Shown: positions 54,927-64,000 of the stretch, piece after piece
Layout: each line of letters begins with the position of its first letter
How positions within the stretch are numbered: the first letter of the stretch is position 1
From: a virus
Lineage: Duplodnaviria > Caudoviricetes
Strand: one strand, 5' to 3'
DNA length: 64,000 nucleotides
Virus record (IMG/VR): IMGVR_UViG_3300026085_000098
Coordinates: 1 to 64,000 of that record
Program-made: the position numbers and the translations under genes
The notes under the pieces: generated by a model
Databases searched by the model: none
Told to the model about the DNA's origin: nothing
The model's input: only the letters and a program-made list of their open reading frames with translations

Positions 54927-56909
54927 TTAACTATAGGCTCCAGCATCCAATCTTGTTACTGTTGCCCAACCTCCTGTTAGAGTAAATTGATTTGAATCAA
55001 AACTTGCAAGACCTAGATCACTTTGTGCGATCCCTGTTGAATTTGCTCTAGTACTTGCTGCGTTCATGTTCAGTTTGCTTTGTACAATTGCTGCACTTGC
55101 AGATACTTTTGCGTTTGTTATAGCACTATCTTTTACTTGTAATTCATCACTACCGTTTATTTCAATAGTTGTATCGTCTACATTGACATCAAGTGTACTG
55201 CCTGTTTTGTCTAAACCAGCACCTGCTGTGATTTGTCCAGCACCTGAGAACTGTTCAAATGTAACATCGTCTGTACCTAGTGTAGGTGTACCGTTATGTG
55301 TTGCAACAAAACCTGCATCAGCATGAACAGTACCTTGCTCTACGAAGAAGAATGTACCACCTGTCATTTCTGCTGCTGTATCTGCATCAGGTGCTCTTGT
55401 TAGAACAAAAGCACTTACACCATCTACACCTACAGTGGTAACTTTATAGATACCGTTTTCTGTAGCATCACTTTGGTTTTTGACAAGCACTCTATCATTT
55501 TGTACAAGTGTAACACCGTCTAATGTAATTGCTCCGTTTGCATTGCCAGTTAAAGTTCCTGCTGAATTATTATATGTGGCAGTTAGGTTTGCTGTAGTTG
55601 CTGCTTTAACTGATTCTTTAACATCAAGTCCTTGAGCAACTTGGTCGACGTATTTTTTGTTAACAAGTGTATCATCGTCAAATCCTGTGCGACCTTCATA
55701 ACCCGACGGCACTTTTACAACACCTTCACCATTTGGTGAAAGATCTAAATTACCGTCTGTGTCGGTTGTTGTGATTGCATTACCGTCAACTGTGATATTA
55801 TCAACATCTAAACTTGTTAAACCGTTTATATCAGTAATAGTTGTGCCAAGTGCTGTTGCATCAGAACCAATTGTGATGCTATCATTTGCTAGTTTAGCAT
55901 TCGTAACATTAGCATCAGTAATTTTTGCTGTAGTCACTGCGTTTGATGCAAGTTTTGCTGTCGTGACTTGACTGTCTGCAATTTTAAGAGTTGTGATTGC
56001 GTTGGTTGCAATTTTAGCTGTTGTGACATTACCGTCGGCAATTTTACCTGTTGTGACGTTAGCATCGGCAATTTTTGTTGTAGTAACTGCACCAGTAGCA
56101 AGTTTGGCTTCGGTGACATTAGCATCAGTAATTTTTACAGTAGTTACTGCATCATCGGCAAGTTTTGATGTAGTAACATTAGCATCGGTAATTTTTGCTG
56201 TTGTGACAGAGTTAGAAGCAAGTTTTGCATCTGTGACATTTGCGTCAACAATTTTAGCAGTAGTTACAGAATCATCTGCTAGTTTCGCAGTTGTAACATT
56301 TGCATCAGCAATGTTTGCTGTTTCAACTGCACCGGCAGCAAGTTTGGCTGCTGTCACAGCATCGTCTGTTATCTGTGCAGTATCAATGCTTGCGGCTGTA
56401 ACTGCTATAGTGCTAGTGCCCGCTGCATCGTCATATGTAATTGTAATTGATTGTCCTGCAACAACACTTCCGCCTGTAATATCTTCGATATATTCTTCTA
56501 GTGATGTGTTAGCATCTCCTACATAGATGTTTCCAATGACGGTTTTACCAGTTCCGTTTGGGGAGATTGTAATGTTACCATTTGTATCAGTTGAACTAAA
56601 CGTGTTTCCGTCTAGTTTTAAATTATCAACATTCCATTCGCTAATCTTTTTGTTAGCGTCAAGCAATGCTGCTGCACTTGCTGTAGCAGTACCAAGTGTA
56701 TGGTCCATCAATCCAGTGTAGTATTCTCCGCCGATCTTAATTGGAGTGTTAGTATTAGTAGTTGGATCACCAATCATTAATCTGCCGCCGTTACCCCCGG
56801 CTGCACTGTCTGTGTTGCTTGTATCGTAAATATATACAAATTCACCTTGGTCTAGTGTAGAAGGTAAGTTTGCAGTATTAGTACGTTTAATCTGTAAAAC
56901 TGTTGCCAT
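54927..56909 (-). CDS. Tail fibre with 10-aa VTTAKIADAN-type repeats
   Basis: More than 15 tandem decapeptides, plus the DRVLVKNQ...ENGIY..LTRA.DAD module. Confidence 0.75.
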   Translation of the reverse strand: MATVLQIKRTNTANLPSTLDQGEFVYIYDTSNTDSAAGGNGGRLMIGDPTTNTNTPIKIGGEYYTGLMDHTLGTATASAAALLDANKKISEWNVDNLKLDGNTFSSTDTNGNITISPNGTGKTVIGNIYVGDANTSLEEYIEDITGGSVVAGQSITITYDDAAGTSTIAVTAASIDTAQITDDAVTAAKLAAGAVETANIADANVTTAKLADDSVTTAKIVDANVTDAKLASNSVTTAKITDANVTTSKLADDAVTTVKITDANVTEAKLATGAVTTTKIADANVTTGKIADGNVTTAKIATNAITTLKIADSQVTTAKLASNAVTTAKITDANVTNAKLANDSITIGSDATALGTTITDINGLTSLDVDNITVDGNAITTTDTDGNLDLSPNGEGVVKVPSGYEGRTGFDDDTLVNKKYVDQVAQGLDVKESVKAATTANLTATYNNSAGTLTGNANGAITLDGVTLVQNDRVLVKNQSDATENGIYKVTTVGVDGVSAFVLTRAPDADTAAEMTGGTFFFVEQGTVHADAGFVATHNGTPTLGTDDVTFEQFSGAGQITAGAGLDKTGSTLDVNVDDTTIEINGSDELQVKDSAITNAKVSASAAIVQSKLNMNAASTRANSTGIAQSDLGLASFDSNQFTLTGGWATVTRLDAGAYS

Positions 56910-56945
56910 TGTTTTTTCCTCTAAAGCTGATGCTAAACATATTTA

Positions 56946-57422
56946 TTAAAAAGATCCTCCGTTTAACCGTAAGGTTCCTGTTGTTGTGTCAATATTGTTA
57001 GTTGCTTGCCATTCAGTGCCGTTGTATTGCAATAAAGAGCCTGCATTTGGATTGTTTGCAGACACGTCATTTAAATCTGCAAGGTTTGATGCGCCTCCGC
57101 CACTACTATTGCCTACTTGAAGTTCAGACCAATTTCCTGCATTGTTAGGCATTTCTCCTGTGGCTTGGTTTCGTGATTCTCCTGATAGTAGTTCGTAGGT
57201 ATAATATTTGCCGCCTGTAAAACCAGTATAGGAGTTTGCTACAAAAACAATCATTCCAGGTTGTAGTCTTTGTCGCGGAATATCCTGAAGCGTATCTCCT
57301 GTTACGCCTTCTACATATTGTAAGCCGCCCCTTAATTCGTTTGATAGAGCAATAGGATGATCACCATCCGGGCTCCAAGTCCCAGGCCATGTATTTCGTG
57401 TTAAACCATCATAGTTTGCCAT
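56946..57422 (-). CDS. Virion structural protein
   Basis: LRGG...RLQPGMIVFV and LADLNDV...LLQYNGTEW fibre motifs. Confidence 0.6.
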   Translation of the reverse strand: MANYDGLTRNTWPGTWSPDGDHPIALSNELRGGLQYVEGVTGDTLQDIPRQRLQPGMIVFVANSYTGFTGGKYYTYELLSGESRNQATGEMPNNAGNWSELQVGNSSGGGASNLADLNDVSANNPNAGSLLQYNGTEWQATNNIDTTTGTLRLNGGSF

Positions 57423-60301
57423 TAACTAATCCTTACATATGTGTTGCCAGGCTGCAATACTATACCATACAAATTGTAGGTCACTGGACTATAATCTGAT
57501 GGCGCATTGTCTGGCGCTAAATTTAATGTTGCAGTTGTTTTACTAACTGAACTTAATAAACTGCTAGTTGCACCTGTTTCAAACGTAGATGGTTGAGTAG
57601 CAAAAGAACTTACACCAAACCAAAATACTTTGGGAACATTTGCACTATTGGTTATTGTTGTATTTATTGAGCGTCCGTGATGTGCTGTAGTGGTAACGTC
57701 ACTATGAAAAACATTTCCGTCTACAACATCTGTTCTTGTAGGAACATCTGTAACACTGTCACTGAAATAATAAAAACTAGGATACTGCCACACTGTAGAA
57801 ATTGTAGTTTGCGATGTATCAGTATCAGTTACTGTATAAGAAGTCCCTGTTACACCTTGTGGTCTTGTAAAGTCCACACTCAAAGCCAATGTTCTGCCGG
57901 TGTTGTTATCTTTATGCAAGGGTGTAGTAAAATTAAATGTCCCACTACCACTTGCATTTGTTACTGTACCACCTGTAGGCGTAACAGTTGCACTATAGTT
58001 CGAACTATTTGCAATACCCGAAATATTGACATTATATCCTACAGAAGTTATAGTTGATAAGAAAAGTGTATTAGGTGCTGACTGCATTGATATTAATGCA
58101 TTAGCGTTTGCCCAATTTGCTCTAGCAACAACAGGATTACTAAACGTAATCAAATCATCGTTAGCATCTACAAAGTTTACTGTAGCAGATGCACTCCCGC
58201 CCGAAAGTGTAGTAGAACTAGATCTAATAAATCCATCGGCTTGATTGGTAAAAGTTTGTGTCCAGTCTACACCGCCTGCTGGTGCCGGCGCAGGGGCCGT
58301 TGAAAAATATGAACCAACATTAGCAGGATCACCATTAGCAAGAACAAATCCTACTTGATTAGATAGACTATAGACTTCGGCAACATAATTTGAAGTAAAA
58401 TCATCCGGGTTATCAACTGTTACAGAAAACTGTGTTGCCACTTCATCCCACTGTAAATTTGTTTGTGATGCAGAACAGTTAGGAGTAAAAGATGCTATCT
58501 CTAATTCTAGTAAATCATTAGTGTTAATAAACACTTCACGTATTGTGTATTCAACACCATCTTCATTAAAAATTGTACCTACTCTAGAAGTGCCGCTGCC
58601 TGAAAACTTTAATCCATTAGATGATGCACTCCCTCCGCCACCGGCTACATCACTAGAAATAATAGCACTAGGTGCCCATTCTGTGCCGTTCCATTTTAAA
58701 TACATGCCTGAAGTTAACGTAACGCTAGTGTCGACATCATTTAGATCATTGATACTTAGAGTTTGACCTCCACCGCCCGAACCTGTTGCCAATGTAGCAA
58801 AAGAAAAGTTTCCTTGTCCATCTGTAGTAAGCACCTGTCCATTTGTACCATCTTCAATACCTAGTTGTGTAAGACGTTCAGGCAAATCTGCTTCTAGTCT
58901 AGTGATTCTAACGTCTTGAGATGTTTGTGTAGTTGTGATTGTTCCAACAGTGGTTGTTAATCCTGCAATCGAATCAGCATTATCTTGTATTAAATCTGCT
59001 TGAGCCGAATGTTTGGTGTTAAGATCTGTTATTGCTGTATTTGCAGTTGCAATATTAGCAGTATTGGTCGCAGTCGTTGTTTTTAATACTGCTATGTCAG
59101 ATGCGTTTGACTGTGCCAATCTATTTTCTAACGTTTCGATATCAGTTTCATTTGCACTTACCCTTATAGTAAGGGCCGAAAGGTCTGCTGTAAGTGTTGT
59201 TACATTACCTTCAATGGTTGTGATATCTCCTTCAATGGTTGTGATATCTCCTTCAATGGTTAGAATATCGTTATTGATAGTAGTAATGTTGTTATTAATA
59301 GTAGTAACATCGCCTTGCAGATTTGTAATATTTGTTTGGTTTGTTGTATTGTTTTCTACAAGAGTAGTTTGTGTGGCAGTTAGATTAGTTATATTACTCA
59401 CGGCAGTGTTGAGTGTACTTGTCATGTTTGTAATATTAGTTGTGTTGTTACTAACCGCAGTATCTATTCTTGTAATGCTAGTTGAATTATCTTCAATAGT
59501 GTTTTCAGCAGCATCTATTCTAGTTGTGTGTTCTAAGGTAAGAGAATTTAAGGTAGTAATGCTTGAAGCATTACTTGCAATATTAGTTGTGTTGGTTGTA
59601 ACAGAACTGTTTAGATCAACTACATCCTCTTTTAATTGATCTATGTCGCCTTGAATTGTTTCTACATCTGATACTAAATCATTATTGTGTATCCAAAGAC
59701 CATTTGTTGCACTATACATTAGAACTGCATTATTTGCAGCATCTCCTGATGTTACATTTGACAAGTCGCCTAATTGAGCAGGAACATCTCCTAGTTCATC
59801 AAACTTTCCATCAACATAAGAAGTTGTTGCATATTCTAATCCTAGATCAATGCCTGCTAAAACTGTTGACCAATCTATACTATCTAGATCTACAGTAGCT
59901 ATAGGTTCTACTCTAGTACCGTCTGCATTACGCATTACTGTGCCAGCAGGTATCTCAAGACGTCCACTTGTATCTTCTTTTAGTGTAAGGTTGCCTAGAT
60001 AGATTGTTGTACCAGACAAATATAAATCACGCCATTTTTTTGTAGAGTGTCCTAGATCTTGCTCGCCTGATACTGCTGGTCGTAAATGATGATTAGCATT
60101 AAGTGTTAGAATATTTCCAGAGTATGTAAATGGTAAACTAGCATCACCAATTACAACACCACCAGGTGTCACACCGTCACTAATACGGAGTGCTCCTAAT
60201 TCATCTTTTCCGAAAAATATATCGCCAGGATCGCCAACAAAACTTGTTTTATCGGCCATCGGTCGGTAACCAAACCCTAGTCTATAAATGCCCCCGGCCA
60301 A
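57422..60301 (-). CDS. 959-aa fibre protein with long trimeric coiled coil
   Basis: Heptads (TIEGDIT x3, 21-bp repeats), GTNGQVLTTDGQGNFSF and LNDV..LKWNGTEW motifs. Confidence 0.7.
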   Translation of the reverse strand: MAGGIYRLGFGYRPMADKTSFVGDPGDIFFGKDELGALRISDGVTPGGVVIGDASLPFTYSGNILTLNANHHLRPAVSGEQDLGHSTKKWRDLYLSGTTIYLGNLTLKEDTSGRLEIPAGTVMRNADGTRVEPIATVDLDSIDWSTVLAGIDLGLEYATTSYVDGKFDELGDVPAQLGDLSNVTSGDAANNAVLMYSATNGLWIHNNDLVSDVETIQGDIDQLKEDVVDLNSSVTTNTTNIASNASSITTLNSLTLEHTTRIDAAENTIEDNSTSITRIDTAVSNNTTNITNMTSTLNTAVSNITNLTATQTTLVENNTTNQTNITNLQGDVTTINNNITTINNDILTIEGDITTIEGDITTIEGNVTTLTADLSALTIRVSANETDIETLENRLAQSNASDIAVLKTTTATNTANIATANTAITDLNTKHSAQADLIQDNADSIAGLTTTVGTITTTQTSQDVRITRLEADLPERLTQLGIEDGTNGQVLTTDGQGNFSFATLATGSGGGGQTLSINDLNDVDTSVTLTSGMYLKWNGTEWAPSAIISSDVAGGGGSASSNGLKFSGSGTSRVGTIFNEDGVEYTIREVFINTNDLLELEIASFTPNCSASQTNLQWDEVATQFSVTVDNPDDFTSNYVAEVYSLSNQVGFVLANGDPANVGSYFSTAPAPAPAGGVDWTQTFTNQADGFIRSSSTTLSGGSASATVNFVDANDDLITFSNPVVARANWANANALISMQSAPNTLFLSTITSVGYNVNISGIANSSNYSATVTPTGGTVTNASGSGTFNFTTPLHKDNNTGRTLALSVDFTRPQGVTGTSYTVTDTDTSQTTISTVWQYPSFYYFSDSVTDVPTRTDVVDGNVFHSDVTTTAHHGRSINTTITNSANVPKVFWFGVSSFATQPSTFETGATSSLLSSVSKTTATLNLAPDNAPSDYSPVTYNLYGIVLQPGNTYVRIS

Positions 60302-60312
60302 TGCTCAACCCC

Positions 60313-60543
60313 CTATGCTATTTCATCCTCTTCTGGCTCGTCAGTTAGTTGAGATATTGCAACAGACTTTTTGCCCTGTTCTGCTTTAGCAAGTTCTAGT
60401 TCTTGCTGTTGCGGGGGGATCATTGCATCTGGCTTCTCGCCTGCGTCTGGCTCGTCAGTTAATGGCATATCAATCTCAGGATCTCCGTCACCGTTGATCT
60501 TGATGTTAATAGGCACATTAATTGTAAATTCTCTTGCTCGCAT
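60313..60543 (-). CDS. Small acidic protein
   Basis: Probable start MRAREFTINVP at 60543. Confidence 0.6.
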   Translation of the reverse strand: MRAREFTINVPINIKINGDGDPEIDMPLTDEPDAGEKPDAMIPPQQQELELAKAEQGKKSVAISQLTDEPEEDEIA

Positions 60544-60547
60544 TAGG

Positions 60548-60706
60548 TTATTCTTCTTTTGCTGCTTCTTTTTTAGCAAGTTCTTCTGCTTCGTCCCAAA
60601 CTGTACTGCCTCCGTCGGCTCCTTCAGGTTGAAGTTGACCAAGTTCTTCTGCAAGTGCTTTTGTTTGTGCTTTGTTATCCCACACTACATGTTTTTCCCA
60701 AGCCAT
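60548..60706 (-). CDS. 52-aa acidic peptide (not in ORF track)
   Basis: MAWEKHVVWDNKAQTKALAEELGQLQPEGADGGSTVWDEAEELAKKEAAKEE; AGGAG RBS and upstream TAAATA. Confidence 0.65.
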   Translation of the reverse strand: MAWEKHVVWDNKAQTKALAEELGQLQPEGADGGSTVWDEAEELAKKEAAKEE

Positions 60707-60864
60707 TTGATATCTCCTATTATGTTATTATTTATTATAATTTAAGGACTTCTAAAATTAAGATGAGTTTGATTATCCATTTCGTGCAGTATGCCTTCAG
60801 CAAACACACCCATTTCGTGTGTGCCCGACACAGGAGTTAACTGCATTTGGATGTCAAAGGTTGA

Positions 60865-62463
60865 TTACAGTTCAATCCAGTTTAGGCTGGCACGAACACT
60901 ACCAATATTTTGTCCGCTGAGTATGCCTATGCTGAGGAAGTCTCCTGGAGGAATGCTCAAGTCTAGATTGGTTAAATCCCATGTGATATTGCCGTTGATG
61001 GGCAAGGTGAACACTCCCAATGGTTTGTGATTGGCAATGGTTATGTCTCCGGACACAATGTCTCTGCTCACGCTACTGTGTGTGCCTACTGAAGTCCATT
61101 CGCTAGTGCCTGTGTGAGTACCGTTTAGGAACAGATACACCACCGCAGGGTCATTGCCCTGGAACGCTATGCTCATTGACTTTAACTTCATCAGTCGTAG
61201 ATTGATCTTGTCCTTGTAGATCCGTTTGTTTTTGAAACTCACAATATGGTGTGCTGTGGTTGTGGTATGACCTAACGAAGACTTTTCATTGCTGGGATAG
61301 CCAACACTAAAAGTATTGTCCTTGGCTATACCTTCCAGTGCTATCATCATACTAGCACCTGAACAGTGAGCATCTGTAACAGTACTGCCTGTGAGGTTAG
61401 CCGCCACATAACCAATCTTGAAACAGGGGTTGTCTGTGTGAACATCTGTGACACGACCGGAGAAGTGACTGTGATGTACAAATATCATATCGCCTGTGAG
61501 GGGATTTTCAACGGCCCAACGTATCTCACCTGCTCCCAACCAACGGAAGTTGATCTGAAACACATTCAGTTTGGTAAAGTCAAGTGTGACTCCGCTTGGA
61601 CCTGTGCCGTCCATCTTGTCCACGTCCCAATCTTCTTGGTAGGTCCATGTTTCTGTTTGTGCCACGCCTGCTTGTGCTGTTGCTATTGTATAAGTGCCTG
61701 TGCCTGTGGCTGTGAACGCACCTGCTTTAGCACCAAGGCTGGTGGATAGGAAACGCACTTCGTTGCCCAACTGTTCTGTGATCCAACCTGTGAATGTTGC
61801 CGCGGCTATGGTTGCCGCCACTGTTGTGGTGTTGGTTGAACTGATAGCAACCACTGTGGCTACACCGTTGAGTGTGATTGTAACATTGCCTGTGCCGCCT
61901 GCTGTGACTGTTAGCGTTTCAATGTGTGCTTTACCACCGTTGGCAATCATTACACCAAACTTGCCTGTGGCCGAATCACGGCCAAACTGCATTGCCTGTT
62001 CCTGTGCGAACAAGCCTGCTCTCAGTGTAACGCCTGGGTTCACTCCTTCGCTGACGCCTTCAAACATTGCTGTGAATCTTGCCATCATACCCTGTCCAGG
62101 ACGATAACGAGCAACACGATTGCTTCTTACCACACCGTAACCATAAGCACCCGTGCCCGTGTGTGTTTTCATCAATGTGCCTGTGCTTTCAATAAAACCT
62201 GTGCCAAAGTTAAATGTTTCAAACTCGTAAGGATCGTCTATGCCATACAAGCCGTCCAACTGTATGATAGGAGTGACGGGTACTGCGATGTTTTCACCAA
62301 ACGCACTGTATGCCGCGGCATTACCACCGTGGGCAATATTAGTAATACCTACACGTAGAGTGGGTTGCCCATTGCTGTTGTAGTCTAGAGCGTGAATTAG
62401 ATCATTGGTGTTAGGCTCAAATGTATGAGTATAGTTCGTGCTGTTTGGATTTAGATTTGGCAC
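60865..62463 (-). CDS. Virion protein sharing a domain with the 2263-aa protein; elevated GC
   Basis: RYRPGQG and MDGTGPSGVTLDFTK...WLGAGEIR motifs. Confidence 0.7.
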   Translation of the reverse strand: MPNLNPNSTNYTHTFEPNTNDLIHALDYNSNGQPTLRVGITNIAHGGNAAAYSAFGENIAVPVTPIIQLDGLYGIDDPYEFETFNFGTGFIESTGTLMKTHTGTGAYGYGVVRSNRVARYRPGQGMMARFTAMFEGVSEGVNPGVTLRAGLFAQEQAMQFGRDSATGKFGVMIANGGKAHIETLTVTAGGTGNVTITLNGVATVVAISSTNTTTVAATIAAATFTGWITEQLGNEVRFLSTSLGAKAGAFTATGTGTYTIATAQAGVAQTETWTYQEDWDVDKMDGTGPSGVTLDFTKLNVFQINFRWLGAGEIRWAVENPLTGDMIFVHHSHFSGRVTDVHTDNPCFKIGYVAANLTGSTVTDAHCSGASMMIALEGIAKDNTFSVGYPSNEKSSLGHTTTTAHHIVSFKNKRIYKDKINLRLMKLKSMSIAFQGNDPAVVYLFLNGTHTGTSEWTSVGTHSSVSRDIVSGDITIANHKPLGVFTLPINGNITWDLTNLDLSIPPGDFLSIGILSGQNIGSVRASLNWIEL

Positions 62464-62466
62464 AGA

Positions 62467-63492
62467 TTATAGCCCCCATTTGTTTGATAGATAGTTTTCC
62501 ACGTTAGAATATTCTGTACTAGTAAGAACTCTATTGAATATAATAACTTCTGCAACATAGCCACTGAGTCCACCTGTTTGCGCATCATTGTCTCCAATGT
62601 AGAATGTGCCAGCGGCTCCTGTGGTTGCTGGAACACTACCTGAACTTGCTGCTGTGCCTGCTGTGGTTTTGTCCAGTCTATAAGTTAAACTTGTGCTACC
62701 GCCATCATATATCAATGTGTGTTGATGCCAAGTGTCTGCACTAACGGTTGCATCTGTGGTTCTTGTGTATCCGCCACTCATTGTAAGTTTCATTGTGCCA
62801 CCATCACTGAACATACCAAAGTCTGCTGTGTCAGTGTCAGTCATATATTCTGTGCCTGTTGCTGTAAGAACGTTGCTTACAACAAAGATTGTAAATCCTG
62901 TTGCACCGTTCAATTGAGTAAACGGATTAACATTCAAGTTGTCATTGCCATCAAATTCAATATAACCATATCCGTTTTGTAGTGTTGTGTTTTCATATGT
63001 AGGTTTAGCACTGCCGCCGTTAGGATTAGCATTGTGAGCAAAGTTAGATTTGTCTGTCCATTGTGTGATCTGTCCTTCGTCTGTAGCACTCGGAACATAT
63101 GTTGTTGTGTCAGCACCATCGTACCAAATCTGTAGGTCAGCAAGTGAATCACCGCCAACTGATTCCTGAATACTTTCTGGTGCAGCAATAGCACCTACTG
63201 CAATCCACGGACGTTTTTGCAGCAATCCATCAGGGTTTGGATTGTCATCTGCTCCTGGAACGTTGCCATTGTATATGTCCGGCAATGAACTTATATCGTA
63301 TGTGTTGTTTGAACGATAATAGTTTACTGTATCATTGTCAGTGCCATCGTCACTCCATGTGCCGTATACACCTACAACACCACCCGGATCGTCCGTGATA
63401 ACTCTGCCTTTGCGTTTGGCTTGAGCATATTCTAATTTAGCAACCTGTCTTTCTTGTTTAGTTGCGAGTGTTGATATACCGTTCGCTGCCAT
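62467..63492 (-). CDS. LamG/concanavalin-like domain virion protein
   Basis: LQIWYDG...WTDKS...FDG.D...WHQHT..YD...GYVAEVIIFNRVL...VENYLSNKWGL. Confidence 0.75.
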   Translation of the reverse strand: MAANGISTLATKQERQVAKLEYAQAKRKGRVITDDPGGVVGVYGTWSDDGTDNDTVNYYRSNNTYDISSLPDIYNGNVPGADDNPNPDGLLQKRPWIAVGAIAAPESIQESVGGDSLADLQIWYDGADTTTYVPSATDEGQITQWTDKSNFAHNANPNGGSAKPTYENTTLQNGYGYIEFDGNDNLNVNPFTQLNGATGFTIFVVSNVLTATGTEYMTDTDTADFGMFSDGGTMKLTMSGGYTRTTDATVSADTWHQHTLIYDGGSTSLTYRLDKTTAGTAASSGSVPATTGAAGTFYIGDNDAQTGGLSGYVAEVIIFNRVLTSTEYSNVENYLSNKWGL

Positions 63493-63737
63493 TATTCGTA
63501 TCCTCTCGGGTCTTTTACTCTAATATCTGCAGGATGCTTAGGCTTATTAGGGCCGCCGCCAGCTAATGATGTTATTCTATCTACATTGGCGACAATTTCA
63601 TTAGGAGTATTACTATACATTCCTTGTGAAGGATTGTCAATCATATCTTGAACCATGTGCTTACCGTCTTCTTGGTCCATCTTTTCTTGGGCATCAATAT
63701 AATCAATTAGGCCACGTAATATATCTTGAATTCGCAT
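63492..63737 (-). CDS. Hypothetical protein
   Basis: MRIQDIL N-terminus; GGPNKPKHPADIR; AGGAG RBS. Confidence 0.6.
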   Translation of the reverse strand: MRIQDILRGLIDYIDAQEKMDQEDGKHMVQDMIDNPSQGMYSNTPNEIVANVDRITSLAGGGPNKPKHPADIRVKDPRGYE

Positions 63738-63754
63738 TTATAACTCCTATACAC

Positions 63755-63768
63755 TATTTAGTTAAATA
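63755..63768. promoter_or_regulatory. Back-to-back divergent late promoter motifs
   Basis: TATTTA-GT-TAAATA: TAAATA on both strands. Confidence 0.55.
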
Positions 63769-63772
63769 CGGT

Positions 63773-63970
63773 ATGTTCAAACTTATAAAAAAATGGTTGC
63801 ATGAATATAACAAATATCAAAAAGACATGAGAGACATGGGATATTTTTATCATATACACGGGTGGGGCGTATACTCACACTTTGATAGAGAAACCTATGA
63901 AGCATGGCTAAGTAAAATGCATGATAGACACAAAACCATTCAAACAACTTCTAAGCACACTAAAGAGTGA
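63773..63970 (+). CDS. Small hypothetical protein (probably leaderless)
   Basis: ATG 4 nt after TAAATA; 65 aa. Confidence 0.55.
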   Translation: MFKLIKKWLHEYNKYQKDMRDMGYFYHIHGWGVYSHFDRETYEAWLSKMHDRHKTIQTTSKHTKE

Positions 63971-64000
63971 AGGAAAATACAGAGTTTTCAACGACATTGT

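Noticed and set aside
54146-56909. Diversity-generating retroelement suggested by Mtd-N-like domains
   Set aside because: No reverse transcriptase and no adenine-mismatched TR/VR pair were seen in the window.
60775-60852. Hammerhead or twister ribozyme
   Set aside because: The core motifs (CUGANGA/GAAA; twister conserved loops) are not present in the required arrangement on either strand; kept only as an unexplained structure.
1-64000. Alternative genetic code (stop reassignment)
   Set aside because: Conserved proteins are full length in the standard code, and TAA, TGA and TAG (e.g. 31712, 60313) all end genes at sensible positions.

Overview
The window is a 64-kb segment of a large, AT-rich, T4-like lytic phage, probably marine. 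It contains no rRNA, integrase or CRISPR array. Nearly all genes lie on the minus strand and are preceded by host sigma70-type (TTGACA-N16/17-TAnnnT) and/or T4-like late (TATAAATA/TAAATA) promoter motifs. An alphaproteobacterial host, most likely Rhodobacterales, is inferred from a Rhodobacter-type ATP synthase c subunit, a DUF1127 protein, an alpha-type PstS, a porin and a circularly permuted tmRNA. Layout: 1-20 kb is an accessory/host-takeover region (curli-like csgF-csgG-curlin-FecR module, hemO-pcyX bilin genes, clpS, hsp20, guaC, ribosomal bS21, SleB hydrolase, porin, radical SAM, tmRNA, 2OG-Fe(II) oxygenases, PAAR); 20-24 kb grx/nrdB/nrdA; 24-35 kb putative head/internal proteins plus ligase-like and nucleotidyltransferase-like genes; 35-42 kb a complete Pho-box-controlled pstSCAB operon with a divergent DUF1127-atpE cluster; 42-64 kb giant virion/tail-fibre genes. 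The strongest non-obvious signals are the two-piece tmRNA, an atpE lacking the conserved R-N-P coupling loop, a probable -1 frameshift (A AAA AAG TAA) at the end of a head-core gene, a stand-alone NusG-like KOW protein, a zf-CHCC protein and a promoter-to-terminator small RNA. The tmRNA, KOW, zf-CHCC and sRNA genes are absent from the ORF track. All family assignments come from motif recognition by eye; no database search was run.
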